Shown: piece after piece, positions 37,092 to 44,666 of the stretch | How positions within the stretch are numbered: the first letter of the stretch is position 1 | How the letters are laid out: every line of letters starts with the position of its first letter | Sequence record: SRR20825019_49 | DNA length: 44,666 nucleotides | Direction: 5' to 3' (one strand) | Position numbers and translations under genes: made by a program | The notes under the pieces: model-generated | The model's database searches: none | Seen by the model: the letters and a program-made list of their open reading frames with translations, nothing else | Told to the model about the DNA's origin: nothing

Positions 37092-38381
37092 TTATTCTAC
37101 GCTGTAATCATGTACATACTCGATGACTTGTAAGGCATCATCCGTGGCCTGTGTAAAGCCATCGATACCATCTAGATCATTGGTGTCGTTGGTATCCAGG
37201 ATCCCGTCATTATTTTCATCGACAGTATTAGGCACAGTCTCGAAACTGACGCCGGGAACAAAAATCTCCTGACCGTCATAAGTCACTGTGGCCCCGGTTA
37301 TCAGGTTAACTTCCACTGTCTGATAAATATCATCACTAAGGTCGGTGGGCGTATCCATGCCATCAACCTGTACATTAATCCAGCTTGTTGTCGCACCATA
37401 AGTGGATGAAGAACCATCGTATACATAGCTGCTCAGCAAGGTGCTCAGTTCATCATCAACCTCCAGGAATTGACTGACTGTGATAACGCGATCGACGGTC
37501 AACGAAGCGGTTTTATCTGAACCGGCAGCGAGTAATGAAGCCGCTAAATCCAGCTGAACGCTTTCCGGAACCAGAAAGGTATAAGTGCCGGAGCCACTTT
37601 CACCACTGTAATCAACACTGACTTCCAGTAATCCATCATTATTCGTATCGCTTGAGGTCAATAAAGCCTGGTATAAGGCCAGATTTTCCAGCGGTGAATC
37701 AATAGTGGCACCATCAACAACCAGCATTCCGGATTCAGTCAGCATATCGCTGGTCAGGCTCAGACCGTCCAGTTTGGATAAAGCCTCTTCCAGTGAATGC
37801 AAAATGACCTGACTTGGTGAGCGAGTGACATTACTGCGTCCCAATTCAACTTCCTGCACGGCATCAGCATATTCAGTAGGCAATTCATAATGACCATCGC
37901 CATCAGGATCGGTCAGTTGGACAACAACTGGTACACCGTCAACGATGATGATTGGTTGCACCTGACCATTGGCGTCCAGAATAGGATCGCCATTATTGTC
38001 ACGAAGTAAGACCCAGAGATCGCCATACTCATCGCCTTTTTTAGTGCCGCCACCCTCAGGTTTACCCTGCGAACCTTTACTATGCGGGTTCAGTTCCCGG
38101 TTGCCCTTAGCCCAGGCCGGAGCATCGGAGTCATCATCCATCGTCGATAAAATCTTGCCGCGAACGCTATCGGCGCCACCACGGCCGTCGGCACCTTTAC
38201 CCTCTCCTCTTTTACTGCCCGCTCCCTTCTGCTGTCCATGATCACTGCTACCATGGTCTACACTGCCATGATCATCTGCAAACGCCAAGCTGCTATTGAC
38301 CGAGAGCAACCCCAGACTGGCCGTGATCATGGCGGCCAGAGTGAGTCTTTTAGCTAGAAACTGAAGTTGATTATTTTTCAT
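37092..38381 (-). CDS. Secreted acidic hypothetical protein with DxDxDG-type loops
   Basis: Sec signal (..SLAFA-D), G/H/K-rich N-terminal region, DPDGDG, DTNNDG, DENNDG; AGGAGG RBS. Confidence 0.8.
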   Translation of the reverse strand: MKNNQLQFLAKRLTLAAMITASLGLLSVNSSLAFADDHGSVDHGSSDHGQQKGAGSKRGEGKGADGRGGADSVRGKILSTMDDDSDAPAWAKGNRELNPHSKGSQGKPEGGGTKKGDEYGDLWVLLRDNNGDPILDANGQVQPIIIVDGVPVVVQLTDPDGDGHYELPTEYADAVQEVELGRSNVTRSPSQVILHSLEEALSKLDGLSLTSDMLTESGMLVVDGATIDSPLENLALYQALLTSSDTNNDGLLEVSVDYSGESGSGTYTFLVPESVQLDLAASLLAAGSDKTASLTVDRVITVSQFLEVDDELSTLLSSYVYDGSSSTYGATTSWINVQVDGMDTPTDLSDDIYQTVEVNLITGATVTYDGQEIFVPGVSFETVPNTVDENNDGILDTNDTNDLDGIDGFTQATDDALQVIEYVHDYSVE

Positions 38382-38507
38382 GATTCATCCTCCTGAGGAA
38401 TGATATAAACCCGGTATAACTGACCGGGAGATTCTTCATATAAGAATTACATTAATTTCTTATATAAAAATTAAATTTGGTCGATTGGTCCATAAAATGT
38501 GAATACT

Positions 38508-41030
38508 TTAAAACCGGATCCCCAGGCCCAACCTAAACAGATTGCTTGAGCTATCAAAGCTCATCTCATCTGAATTACTGCCACCGCCGTGAGCTGTTAC
38601 AAAGTCATAGGATTCATAATTCGTGCGGGTGTAGTCCAACCTGATAAAGCTTTGCTTTGTCAGTGGTACTTCGGCACCCAGACCAAACCTGAAACCGTGC
38701 AGACTGTCCTCCCTCTCAATATCGAGATCGGCGTTGTTGCCCTTGCGCCACTGGGTTGTGAACTCGGTTCTCACAGGGCCAGCACGCAGGTACAAAACGC
38801 TACCGCTGTCGAGGATGTAACCGAGTTTAATGGCAGCCCCGATGGTTTCCCCCACTTCAACCGAGAAATCACGTCCACCGCCACCGTTAGTGTTACGTTC
38901 ATGCTCCCAGTCAAGCGATGTCACTTCCCCTTCCAACTCCAGAGCGAGCAGCATTCTCTGCCAGTTAATGGCATAGCCTGCGAAAACGCCGGGTGTAAAG
39001 CCATGATCAGCAAATTCGGCATTAAAATCATAGGGACCCATGCTCTGGTCTCGATGCAAACCGCTCAGATCACTGGCTGTCATCCCGTAGCCCATATGCA
39101 CACCGGCATAGGGGCCGGCGAGTGAATCAGGTTCTACTTTAAGCTGATGCTTGGGCACGGCGCCAAAGCGCCAGCCAATGCCGACATTGAACAGTCCTTC
39201 GTGGATGGCATAGTCTTCATTAAAGCCGGTTGAAACAATATCTTTGTCTTCATAGTTGGTCACGGTGTAATCAAGACGGGCAAACAGTTGCTCAGTCAGA
39301 TCAAATTCAACACCGACGCCAAAGCGAAGACCATTGAGGCTGAAATCATTATCGTAGGCATTTTGTGGTTCATCGTTAAGCTGGTAGAAAGCATCAAACT
39401 CTGTCCTGACTGCACCAATGCGGGCATAGAGAAGACTATTGTTTACCAGTGCCCTGCCCAACCGCACACTGGCACCAACGGACTGTTTTTTCTCCAGGCT
39501 GGATGTCCGGCTGTCTGCTTTGCTCTTACGGTGGTACCAGTCAGCATCGCTGTTTTCGGTTTCCAGCTCCAGACCCAGATACCAGTGATTGCGATTCCAG
39601 CCATAACCTCCGAACAGACCACCGGCAAATCCGGCTTCACCATAGCGGGCATCATCGTTACCACCGTCAGTTCTCTGTTCTGAACTATGTGTTGCCAGTG
39701 TGTTATGGCCCAGCTGTCCACCGACATAGAAGCCATAGGGGCCCGACTCTGCTGCCTTGCCTGAACCCCATACCCGCGACATGCTGGTATCCAATTCATT
39801 CCGAACCGGATACAACCTCGCATTAATGCTCAAAAATATCTGATGGCTGTCGTAATCGAGTGAGTTTTCAAGTCGGTCAAAGTCCACACTGGAATCACGA
39901 TGCAGATAACGATAGTCCCCGGACAGATAGATATGTTGGGTCAGGTCGTACTGCAGGCCGAACCCCACATCAAGATAATCATCCTCACGGCTGATTTCCT
40001 GATAGTCATACTCACTCCAGCTGATATGCGACTTCAGGACCAGATAAGGCAAAAGCCGGTGTTGCAGATTAGTACTGTAGATGGTTTCAACAGCACCGGG
40101 CGAGGCAAACAGCGTGGTCTCAGTAATGTCGCGTTCCACACTGGCCGAAATGAGCGTGCTGGGACCGCTGAGCCAGCGAAGCGAAGCGCCAAAGTCCGGT
40201 TTACTGATATCGCTAAAGGCTGCCTCATCGTATTGTTGCCAAAGGTGCCCAAGATAGACCTCTGATTTCAGCGTCTGACTGATCGTCGATGTAAAGCCTG
40301 CAGCCAGTCGATAGCCATCCGAGTCACGCTCAAACAAATTATCGTCGGGTTTATTTTCATATTCCCTGCGATCATAAATGGCCTGCACAAACGGGCTCAT
40401 GGTGGGATTCTTGTTATGCGTCAATCGCAGACCCAGACCATAAATATCCCTGTCCCGGTCATCATTATTCAATATGCCGGTCTCTGTTGGCACATTATCA
40501 AAATCAAGCTGCTGCCAGGTGCCGCCCAAACGCATGGCAAACTGGCCAAACTGCCTGACGGTGCCTGCATGGGCATCAAACGAACTGTATTCAGTTGGAT
40601 AGCGACCGAAAAAACTGTCGGGTGAGGCACGTGATTCATGGTCTTCACTGTAGCTGAGGCCGGCAAAAAGATTGTCTTTCTCAGACAGGTCATAACGGCC
40701 TGAAGTACCGAATCTGAGATCATCATAATCTTCAGTGTCGTAATCCTGGTATCGACCTATATCCGCGTTGGCAAAAAATTCGAGTTCATGTTTTTGCCAG
40801 TCGGAACTGATGTTCAGTGACGGGGAAAAAATGAGAATTTGATCGGCTTGCTTGTCAGTGCGGGTGGCGAAGATATTGTCATCATAAACACCGGTCAAAC
40901 CCAGCTCTGGTGTGACGACAAAACTGCCTGCCTGAAATCCACTTTTGGTAGGCGTCTGTTCTGGATCATCTGCCAGCGCGATACTTTGCTGACACAAAAC
41001 AACTAATGGCAATATTATGACAAATTTCAT
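38508..41030 (-). CDS. Outer-membrane beta-barrel protein (BBP2/DUF2320-like) fused to two Omp25/OmpA-TM-like barrels
   Basis: Signal peptide, YDDNIF motif, ~400-aa barrel, then two repeats G.Y.G...G...G.G.RF; terminal Phe. Confidence 0.8.
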   Translation of the reverse strand: MKFVIILPLVVLCQQSIALADDPEQTPTKSGFQAGSFVVTPELGLTGVYDDNIFATRTDKQADQILIFSPSLNISSDWQKHELEFFANADIGRYQDYDTEDYDDLRFGTSGRYDLSEKDNLFAGLSYSEDHESRASPDSFFGRYPTEYSSFDAHAGTVRQFGQFAMRLGGTWQQLDFDNVPTETGILNNDDRDRDIYGLGLRLTHNKNPTMSPFVQAIYDRREYENKPDDNLFERDSDGYRLAAGFTSTISQTLKSEVYLGHLWQQYDEAAFSDISKPDFGASLRWLSGPSTLISASVERDITETTLFASPGAVETIYSTNLQHRLLPYLVLKSHISWSEYDYQEISREDDYLDVGFGLQYDLTQHIYLSGDYRYLHRDSSVDFDRLENSLDYDSHQIFLSINARLYPVRNELDTSMSRVWGSGKAAESGPYGFYVGGQLGHNTLATHSSEQRTDGGNDDARYGEAGFAGGLFGGYGWNRNHWYLGLELETENSDADWYHRKSKADSRTSSLEKKQSVGASVRLGRALVNNSLLYARIGAVRTEFDAFYQLNDEPQNAYDNDFSLNGLRFGVGVEFDLTEQLFARLDYTVTNYEDKDIVSTGFNEDYAIHEGLFNVGIGWRFGAVPKHQLKVEPDSLAGPYAGVHMGYGMTASDLSGLHRDQSMGPYDFNAEFADHGFTPGVFAGYAINWQRMLLALELEGEVTSLDWEHERNTNGGGGRDFSVEVGETIGAAIKLGYILDSGSVLYLRAGPVRTEFTTQWRKGNNADLDIEREDSLHGFRFGLGAEVPLTKQSFIRLDYTRTNYESYDFVTAHGGGSNSDEMSFDSSSNLFRLGLGIRF

Positions 41031-41176
41031 CCCTAGCTACTTCCTTCCTGTCCACTTGTGTCACGTTCTTAATCTTGCAGCAGCATTTCTCTCTAACCTA
41101 CTTAATAAGTTAACTGATTAACTCAAGGACAGTTCGTTTTTTAGCGTTAGTATTGATCTCGATCAGATTCTCTATT

Positions 41177-41563
41177 TCACTCTTGCTCATCGCCCCAGAA
41201 TTGCCACCATTTCCTGCGGTTTTCTCGTGATTGTTGCCCCTGTTCTGAGCCCTTGCCCAGTTCCTTTTGTTCCTGCCCGGTTTTCATCTCACGCTGTTGA
41301 TTCATGCCCTGGCTTTCATCCTGATGCTCACGCAGTCTTTCACGATCCTGCTCTCTCATCTGCTCCTGTTGTCTGTCCCCCTGTTGTTGGCCGCGATGTT
41401 CTTCCTTGTGCTTTTGTTCCTGCTTCCTTTCCTGCTCCCGTATTTGCTCAGCCTGCTCACTCTTTTGCTGGCCCTTGCCTGATCCTTTACCAGGGTCGGC
41501 CATGCCGTGAAGCGGCCAAATGACCGCGCTTGTTACTAATATGCTGATAAATAGTTTTTTCAT
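41177..41563 (-). CDS. Secreted low-complexity Q/E/R-rich protein with C-terminal RKWWQFW motif
   Basis: ATG 41563 with AGGAG RBS; signal peptide MKKLFISILVTSAVIWPLHGMA; start overlaps RT stop (TAATG). Confidence 0.8.
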   Translation of the reverse strand: MKKLFISILVTSAVIWPLHGMADPGKGSGKGQQKSEQAEQIREQERKQEQKHKEEHRGQQQGDRQQEQMREQDRERLREHQDESQGMNQQREMKTGQEQKELGKGSEQGQQSRENRRKWWQFWGDEQE

Positions 41564-42687
41564 TATGGTTCTCCTGTTACTTGTCGGATTTCCAGCGGCC
41601 AACGGACACCGGCTAACTGATGGCGGTAGGATTTTTCCAGATCTGGATCTATATCATTGACATAGGACAGCAAACCGTCGAGGTACTTTTTGAAGCCGGC
41701 AGTGGAATGAAAACCACGTTTTTGAGCGTGCTTCTCAGGACCAATGTCCGCATGGTTAAGATGGAAAATATGTTGACGGATTTTATTGCGAACCTGCTTT
41801 TGCAGGCGGGGTTTTTCACCGTCGACTAAGAGCCCGAGGACAATTTTTCTGGCACCGGGGGAAACGATGACAGTTTTGCTCATATTGGGCGACTGACCAT
41901 GGGATCGCATCAACCGGTAAATCTGATGGATAAATGCCTTGGCCCGATCTCGTGAAAAATCCCTTAGCGGCGTTGAAAAATAGAGATCGTCTGCATAACG
42001 GCTGTAAGTTAATTGTTCCTCTGCCGCCAGACACAAAGCTTTCCTGTCGAAATTCACCATGACCAGATTGGATAAGGCTGGACTGGTCGGTGCGCCTTGT
42101 GGCAGGTGACCCATTCGCTGGCTCTGGTATTGGCCGATAACGCCATAATGACTGGCAATCTGCCACCGATGTCGACGCCGGAAAGCAGTCAGACTGCCCA
42201 ACCGGGTGCACAGTCTTGCAAGTTCAAATGCAATCAACGGCTGGTAACCCAGGCTTCGGAAAACCCGATAGACATCAATCTCGGAAATCGCACTGAAAAA
42301 ATTATACAAATCGAGCTTTATCAACCAGCGGCAACCACAATGAACACTGGCAGCATTCTGGATGGATTTTCCTTTCTGAAATGCGTAACTCACCGGGCTT
42401 GGCTGAATCAGAGTGAGGATTTGCCGGTAAACCCACTGCTGTACTCTAAGTAAATTCTCATCAGGAATGGCGATGATACGAAAGCCGCCTGACTTTTTCC
42501 TGATCCTGAATGTTTTGTAGGGTTCTGGCTGTTGTCTGGCAATAAATTGTCTGAGAATGGCATAGTCAATCTCAGTCATATCAGCCAGTTGTTTAAGACT
42601 GTTAATGACTGGAAAATGAGATCCGGCACTTGCTGGTGCTGGTTGCAAATCCTGAATGGGTGATAACTGAGAGTGCTTTCGACTCAT
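41563..42687 (-). CDS. Retron-type reverse transcriptase
   Basis: Y..FRI.KKSGG.R.I..P, region X NAASVH, KLDL.NFF, LPQGAPTSP.LSN, YSRYADD, region Y VLG; 374 aa with no maturase or endonuclease domain. Confidence 0.9.
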   Translation of the reverse strand: MSRKHSQLSPIQDLQPAPASAGSHFPVINSLKQLADMTEIDYAILRQFIARQQPEPYKTFRIRKKSGGFRIIAIPDENLLRVQQWVYRQILTLIQPSPVSYAFQKGKSIQNAASVHCGCRWLIKLDLYNFFSAISEIDVYRVFRSLGYQPLIAFELARLCTRLGSLTAFRRRHRWQIASHYGVIGQYQSQRMGHLPQGAPTSPALSNLVMVNFDRKALCLAAEEQLTYSRYADDLYFSTPLRDFSRDRAKAFIHQIYRLMRSHGQSPNMSKTVIVSPGARKIVLGLLVDGEKPRLQKQVRNKIRQHIFHLNHADIGPEKHAQKRGFHSTAGFKKYLDGLLSYVNDIDPDLEKSYRHQLAGVRWPLEIRQVTGEP

Positions 42688-42798
42688 CTACTCTGACCCA
42701 GAGGGGATGGTGTCGTGGCAAGCCAAGAAGGTAACGCCGCAGGCGCAGACGCGACACGCTTAATTACCAGCAAGGGCTTGTCCGAGAAGCTGGAGTAG
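42688..42798 (-). ncRNA. Candidate retron msr-msd RNA
   Basis: Terminal inverted repeat CTACTC/GAGTAG abutting the RT ATG; two short 5' hairpins; GTGTCG/CGACAC-closed branched stem (42710-42757). Confidence 0.6.
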
Positions 42799-42823
42799 TC
42801 TCCGCTCCCACTTTTCTCAACTG

Positions 42824-42854
42824 AAAAAAGCGTCGTTAGCAATCTAACGTGCAC
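42824..42854 (-). terminator. Putative terminator between the stress operon and the retron
   Basis: Minus strand CGTTAG-attg-CTAACG-acgc-TTTTTT. Confidence 0.5.
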
Positions 42855-42914
42855 TAGATAAGTCATCCGGCACTCCCAGTTAATCATCGATAAAAAATAT
42901 GAATGCTATGTCCA

Positions 42915-43361
42915 TCAATGCATAAACTCGCGCTGGAGATAACCCCGCAAATGCGCTTCAATCTCTTGATTTTCCATGCCTGCGAGGTCCTTGTTTTTTT
43001 CCAGAATGATATTTTTTCTAATCATGGCCGGCATTAATTTACGCAACTCGCCCAAAAAATCCGGTGATGCTATAACGACCAGGTTACCAAGACTCTTAAC
43101 CTCATAGAGATCCCGCAAGAAGGAAATGACCAGGGACGCAAACGACGCCACTTCATGATGTTTATGCGTGTCCGCTGCCTGATAACTGTGACTGCCACCT
43201 CCTTGAGACATAATTCTGCCCGGCAGATCGGAGGTCAGTTCCTGCTCCAGGCTATGCCCGCTGGGATTCTTCATCTGTTTGATTTCTGACAGCGCCGCAT
43301 GCCGGCTCTCAGCACTAAAGATTTTGGCCTCTGCCGCGTTGGCCACTAATACAGTCATCAT
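42915..43361 (-). CDS. Host attachment protein (AtsE / baeRF12-like)
   Basis: VLVAN...AKIF, L.SD.PGR, FA, LVVIASP.FLG.LR, KDL; likely ATG 43361. Confidence 0.85.
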   Translation of the reverse strand: MMTVLVANAAEAKIFSAESRHAALSEIKQMKNPSGHSLEQELTSDLPGRIMSQGGGSHSYQAADTHKHHEVASFASLVISFLRDLYEVKSLGNLVVIASPDFLGELRKLMPAMIRKNIILEKNKDLAGMENQEIEAHLRGYLQREFMH

Positions 43362-43387
43362 CGTCGTATCTCTCAAAAAATGGTCTT

Positions 43388-43690
43388 TTATTCAACGATC
43401 AGTAATCGTTCACGCAATGTGTTTATTTCATCCAGCAAGTCCAACGCCAGTGCTGCACCCGCGATATTTACTTCAAGATCCCGGCATAAGCGCGCGGCTT
43501 TACGGACTTTGTGTATGCACTCAGCCTCATACAAAGCTTCATGTTCCGTTATAGTCATTGCCGACGGGGCAATCACACCGTAATCGAGCATTTCTGCCAG
43601 CTTTGTTGCTGGCAGTTCACAGCAGTCACAAATCTGTGTGAACGATATGAGGTGGCTATGAAGGTGATATACGTCGGTATTCGATTGCAA
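43388..43690 (-). CDS. cbpM: Chaperone modulator CbpM (MerR-like)
   Basis: EM.DYGVI.P, RKAARL.RDLEVN..G.ALALDLLDEI..LR; TTG start after AGGAG. Confidence 0.85.
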   Translation of the reverse strand: MQSNTDVYHLHSHLISFTQICDCCELPATKLAEMLDYGVIAPSAMTITEHEALYEAECIHKVRKAARLCRDLEVNIAGAALALDLLDEINTLRERLLIVE

Positions 43691-43723
43691 TGAACCTGAT
43701 CTCCTGCGTCTTCAGCTTCTGCG

Positions 43724-44155
43724 TTATTTATCAACCTTGATTTCTACAGGGTTTGCTTTGGCCTTGGATTTTTTGGGAACGGTCAGTTCAAGCACACCAT
43801 CTGTGGTTTTAGCCTTTATTTTTTCCAGGTTAGCTGCCTCAGGTAACGTAAAACGACGCATGAAACTGCCACTGAAACGTTCAATGCGCTTGTAATTATC
43901 AGATTGCTCGCGTTTCTCTGACTCTCTTTCACCTTTGATAGTCAGTACATCATTCTCAACAGTGACTTTGATGTCATCAGCCTTAACACCGGGTAAATCG
44001 GCTTTGATAACGAACTTGTCATCTTCATCGCTAATATCAACAGCCGGAGACCATTCCTCACTATCGAAATTAGCTGTGGTTCTACTGGGAAAGAAATTAC
44101 TGAGTTCTCGTTGTAATTCGTTCATCAAACTCAATGGTCTGTACTGGGTTGTCAT
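43724..44155 (-). CDS. Hsp20/alpha-crystallin small heat shock protein
   Basis: WSPAVDI, ADLPGV, LTIKGER, ER.SGSF.RRF.LP, DGVL.LT.PK. Confidence 0.95.
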   Translation of the reverse strand: MTTQYRPLSLMNELQRELSNFFPSRTTANFDSEEWSPAVDISDEDDKFVIKADLPGVKADDIKVTVENDVLTIKGERESEKREQSDNYKRIERFSGSFMRRFTLPEAANLEKIKAKTTDGVLELTVPKKSKAKANPVEIKVDK

Positions 44156-44183
44156 ATCAATATCCTCTGTTTATGCAATTGGG

Positions 44184-44372
44184 TTAGTCCATTGATTGGT
44201 TGATGATTTGCTCTGCTTCCAACCAGTCTTCCAACTCGTGTTCGCTTTCAAAACCGCGTTTTTCGGCGAGGTAATAAGCTGCTTCTTCAATCAACCTGTG
44301 GCGTTCTGAAGTGAATGGTTGAGCGAGTTCATTCATTGTCTCAGGCGGGCTATCGTTCTTTGCTTTTGCCAT
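44184..44372 (-). CDS. DUF2934 domain protein
   Basis: R...I.EAAYYLAEKRGF......DWL.AE; GGAG RBS. Confidence 0.88.
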   Translation of the reverse strand: MAKAKNDSPPETMNELAQPFTSERHRLIEEAAYYLAEKRGFESEHELEDWLEAEQIINQSMD

Positions 44373-44418
44373 GATCTATTTCTCCAACGTTGAGAGGAAC
44401 GTTCCAGATAAAAACTAG

Positions 44419-44433
44419 GCAAAAGGCATGCCC
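44419..44433 (-). promoter_or_regulatory. Putative sigma54 (-24/-12) promoter
   Basis: Minus strand GGGCATG-CCTT-TTGC: exact GG-N10-GC spacing, about 46 nt upstream of the DUF2934 start. Confidence 0.65.
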
Positions 44434-44495
44434 ACATTTATCTTGATGAAATATATGGGGTTTTCATGTCACTTTGGAGATATTGATATGCCGGG

Positions 44496-44585
44496 TGTCA
44501 ACTAAAGTAGACAGCATATTGGGGAGATTCAGAGGATAAGGCCGTTACAGGGGGGGGATTGTGTGATTGTCTACAAAAGTAGACA
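44496..44585. promoter_or_regulatory. Two palindromic TGTC(T/A)AC-N4-GTAGACA sites (putative enhancer-binding-protein UAS)
   Basis: TGTCAAC-TAAA-GTAGACA at 44496-44513 and perfect TGTCTAC-AAAA-GTAGACA at 44568-44585, 72 bp apart. Confidence 0.7.
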
Positions 44586-44666
44586 GGCATCTATTTTTTC
44601 ATACACGACAGCTAGGACTAGTTGATCTTTCATATTCACCACTGCTGGAGGCTATTTTTGTGTCCG

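Noticed and set aside
41153-41166. TTGAT-CTCG-ATCAG, an FNR/CRP-like box upstream of the barrel gene
   Set aside because: One mismatch and no -10 element at class II spacing; cannot be distinguished from chance
41230-41480. Repetitive-looking CTGCTC/CTGTTG tracts as a possible CRISPR or DGR repeat
   Set aside because: They are codons of the Q/E/R-rich protein; no fixed repeat-spacer period and no adenine-specific TR/VR pair
41563-42687. RT as group II intron, DGR or CRISPR-associated RT
   Set aside because: No maturase/En domain, intron domain V, avd/TR or cas1; retron-type region X and Y motifs are present
42684-42887. 67-aa ORF ending in an ATGA overlap with the RT start (possible small effector)
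   Set aside because: No RBS or recognisable fold, and it runs through the terminator-like hairpin and the candidate msr-msd; ribosome profiling or conservation would be needed to revive it
44452-44460. CCCCATAT on the minus strand, a sigma32 -10 like element for the hsp20 operon
   Set aside because: No CTTGAA-like -35 at 13-15 bp spacing; the sigma54 model fits better, though a weak sigma32 promoter is not excluded
44153-44490. 12-bp inverted repeat CATATCAATATC (44153-44164) / GATATTGATATG (44479-44490) around DUF2934 and its promoter, a possible invertible segment
   Set aside because: AT-rich, one arm overlaps the hsp20 start region and no invertase is in view; plausible by chance in a 44-kb window

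Overview
Bacterial chromosomal window, most likely from a gammaproteobacterial methylotroph (Methylophaga-like; inferred from a Fae paralog, a pcbD-DUF6494-ferritin cluster and a methanol-metabolism-type cytochrome c). It spans the replication terminus. A near-canonical XerC/D dif site lies at 34834-34861, three KOPS motifs on the + strand point towards it, and gene orientation largely converges on it. Left of dif are yigZ, rapA, an RND pump, and a ~14 kb putative metal-responsive regulon (TolC/CzcC, 'thermostable hemolysin', adenylating enzyme, heme-oxygenase-like diiron enzyme, SDR, TPR protein, PmrA/QseB-like two-component system, cupredoxin/FTR1, CzcBA, DUF3240) with two matching TTAAK-N5 direct-repeat boxes. 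These are followed by lapG/lapD, fae, lemA-GIDE-yoaA and small C1-associated genes. Right of dif is an accessory-looking block, almost all on the minus strand: a second inverted dif-like site, a doubly frameshifted radical SAM gene, an acidic secreted DxDxDG protein next to a triple beta-barrel outer-membrane protein, and a retron-type reverse transcriptase. The RT has a candidate msr-msd with a branched msd, no recognisable effector, and a TAATG overlap with a secreted Q/E-rich protein. The window ends in a sigma54-type DUF2934-Hsp20-CbpM-host-attachment stress operon with twin palindromic upstream sites. No rRNA, tRNA, CRISPR array or transposase was seen. All family calls come from motif recognition by eye; no database searches were run.
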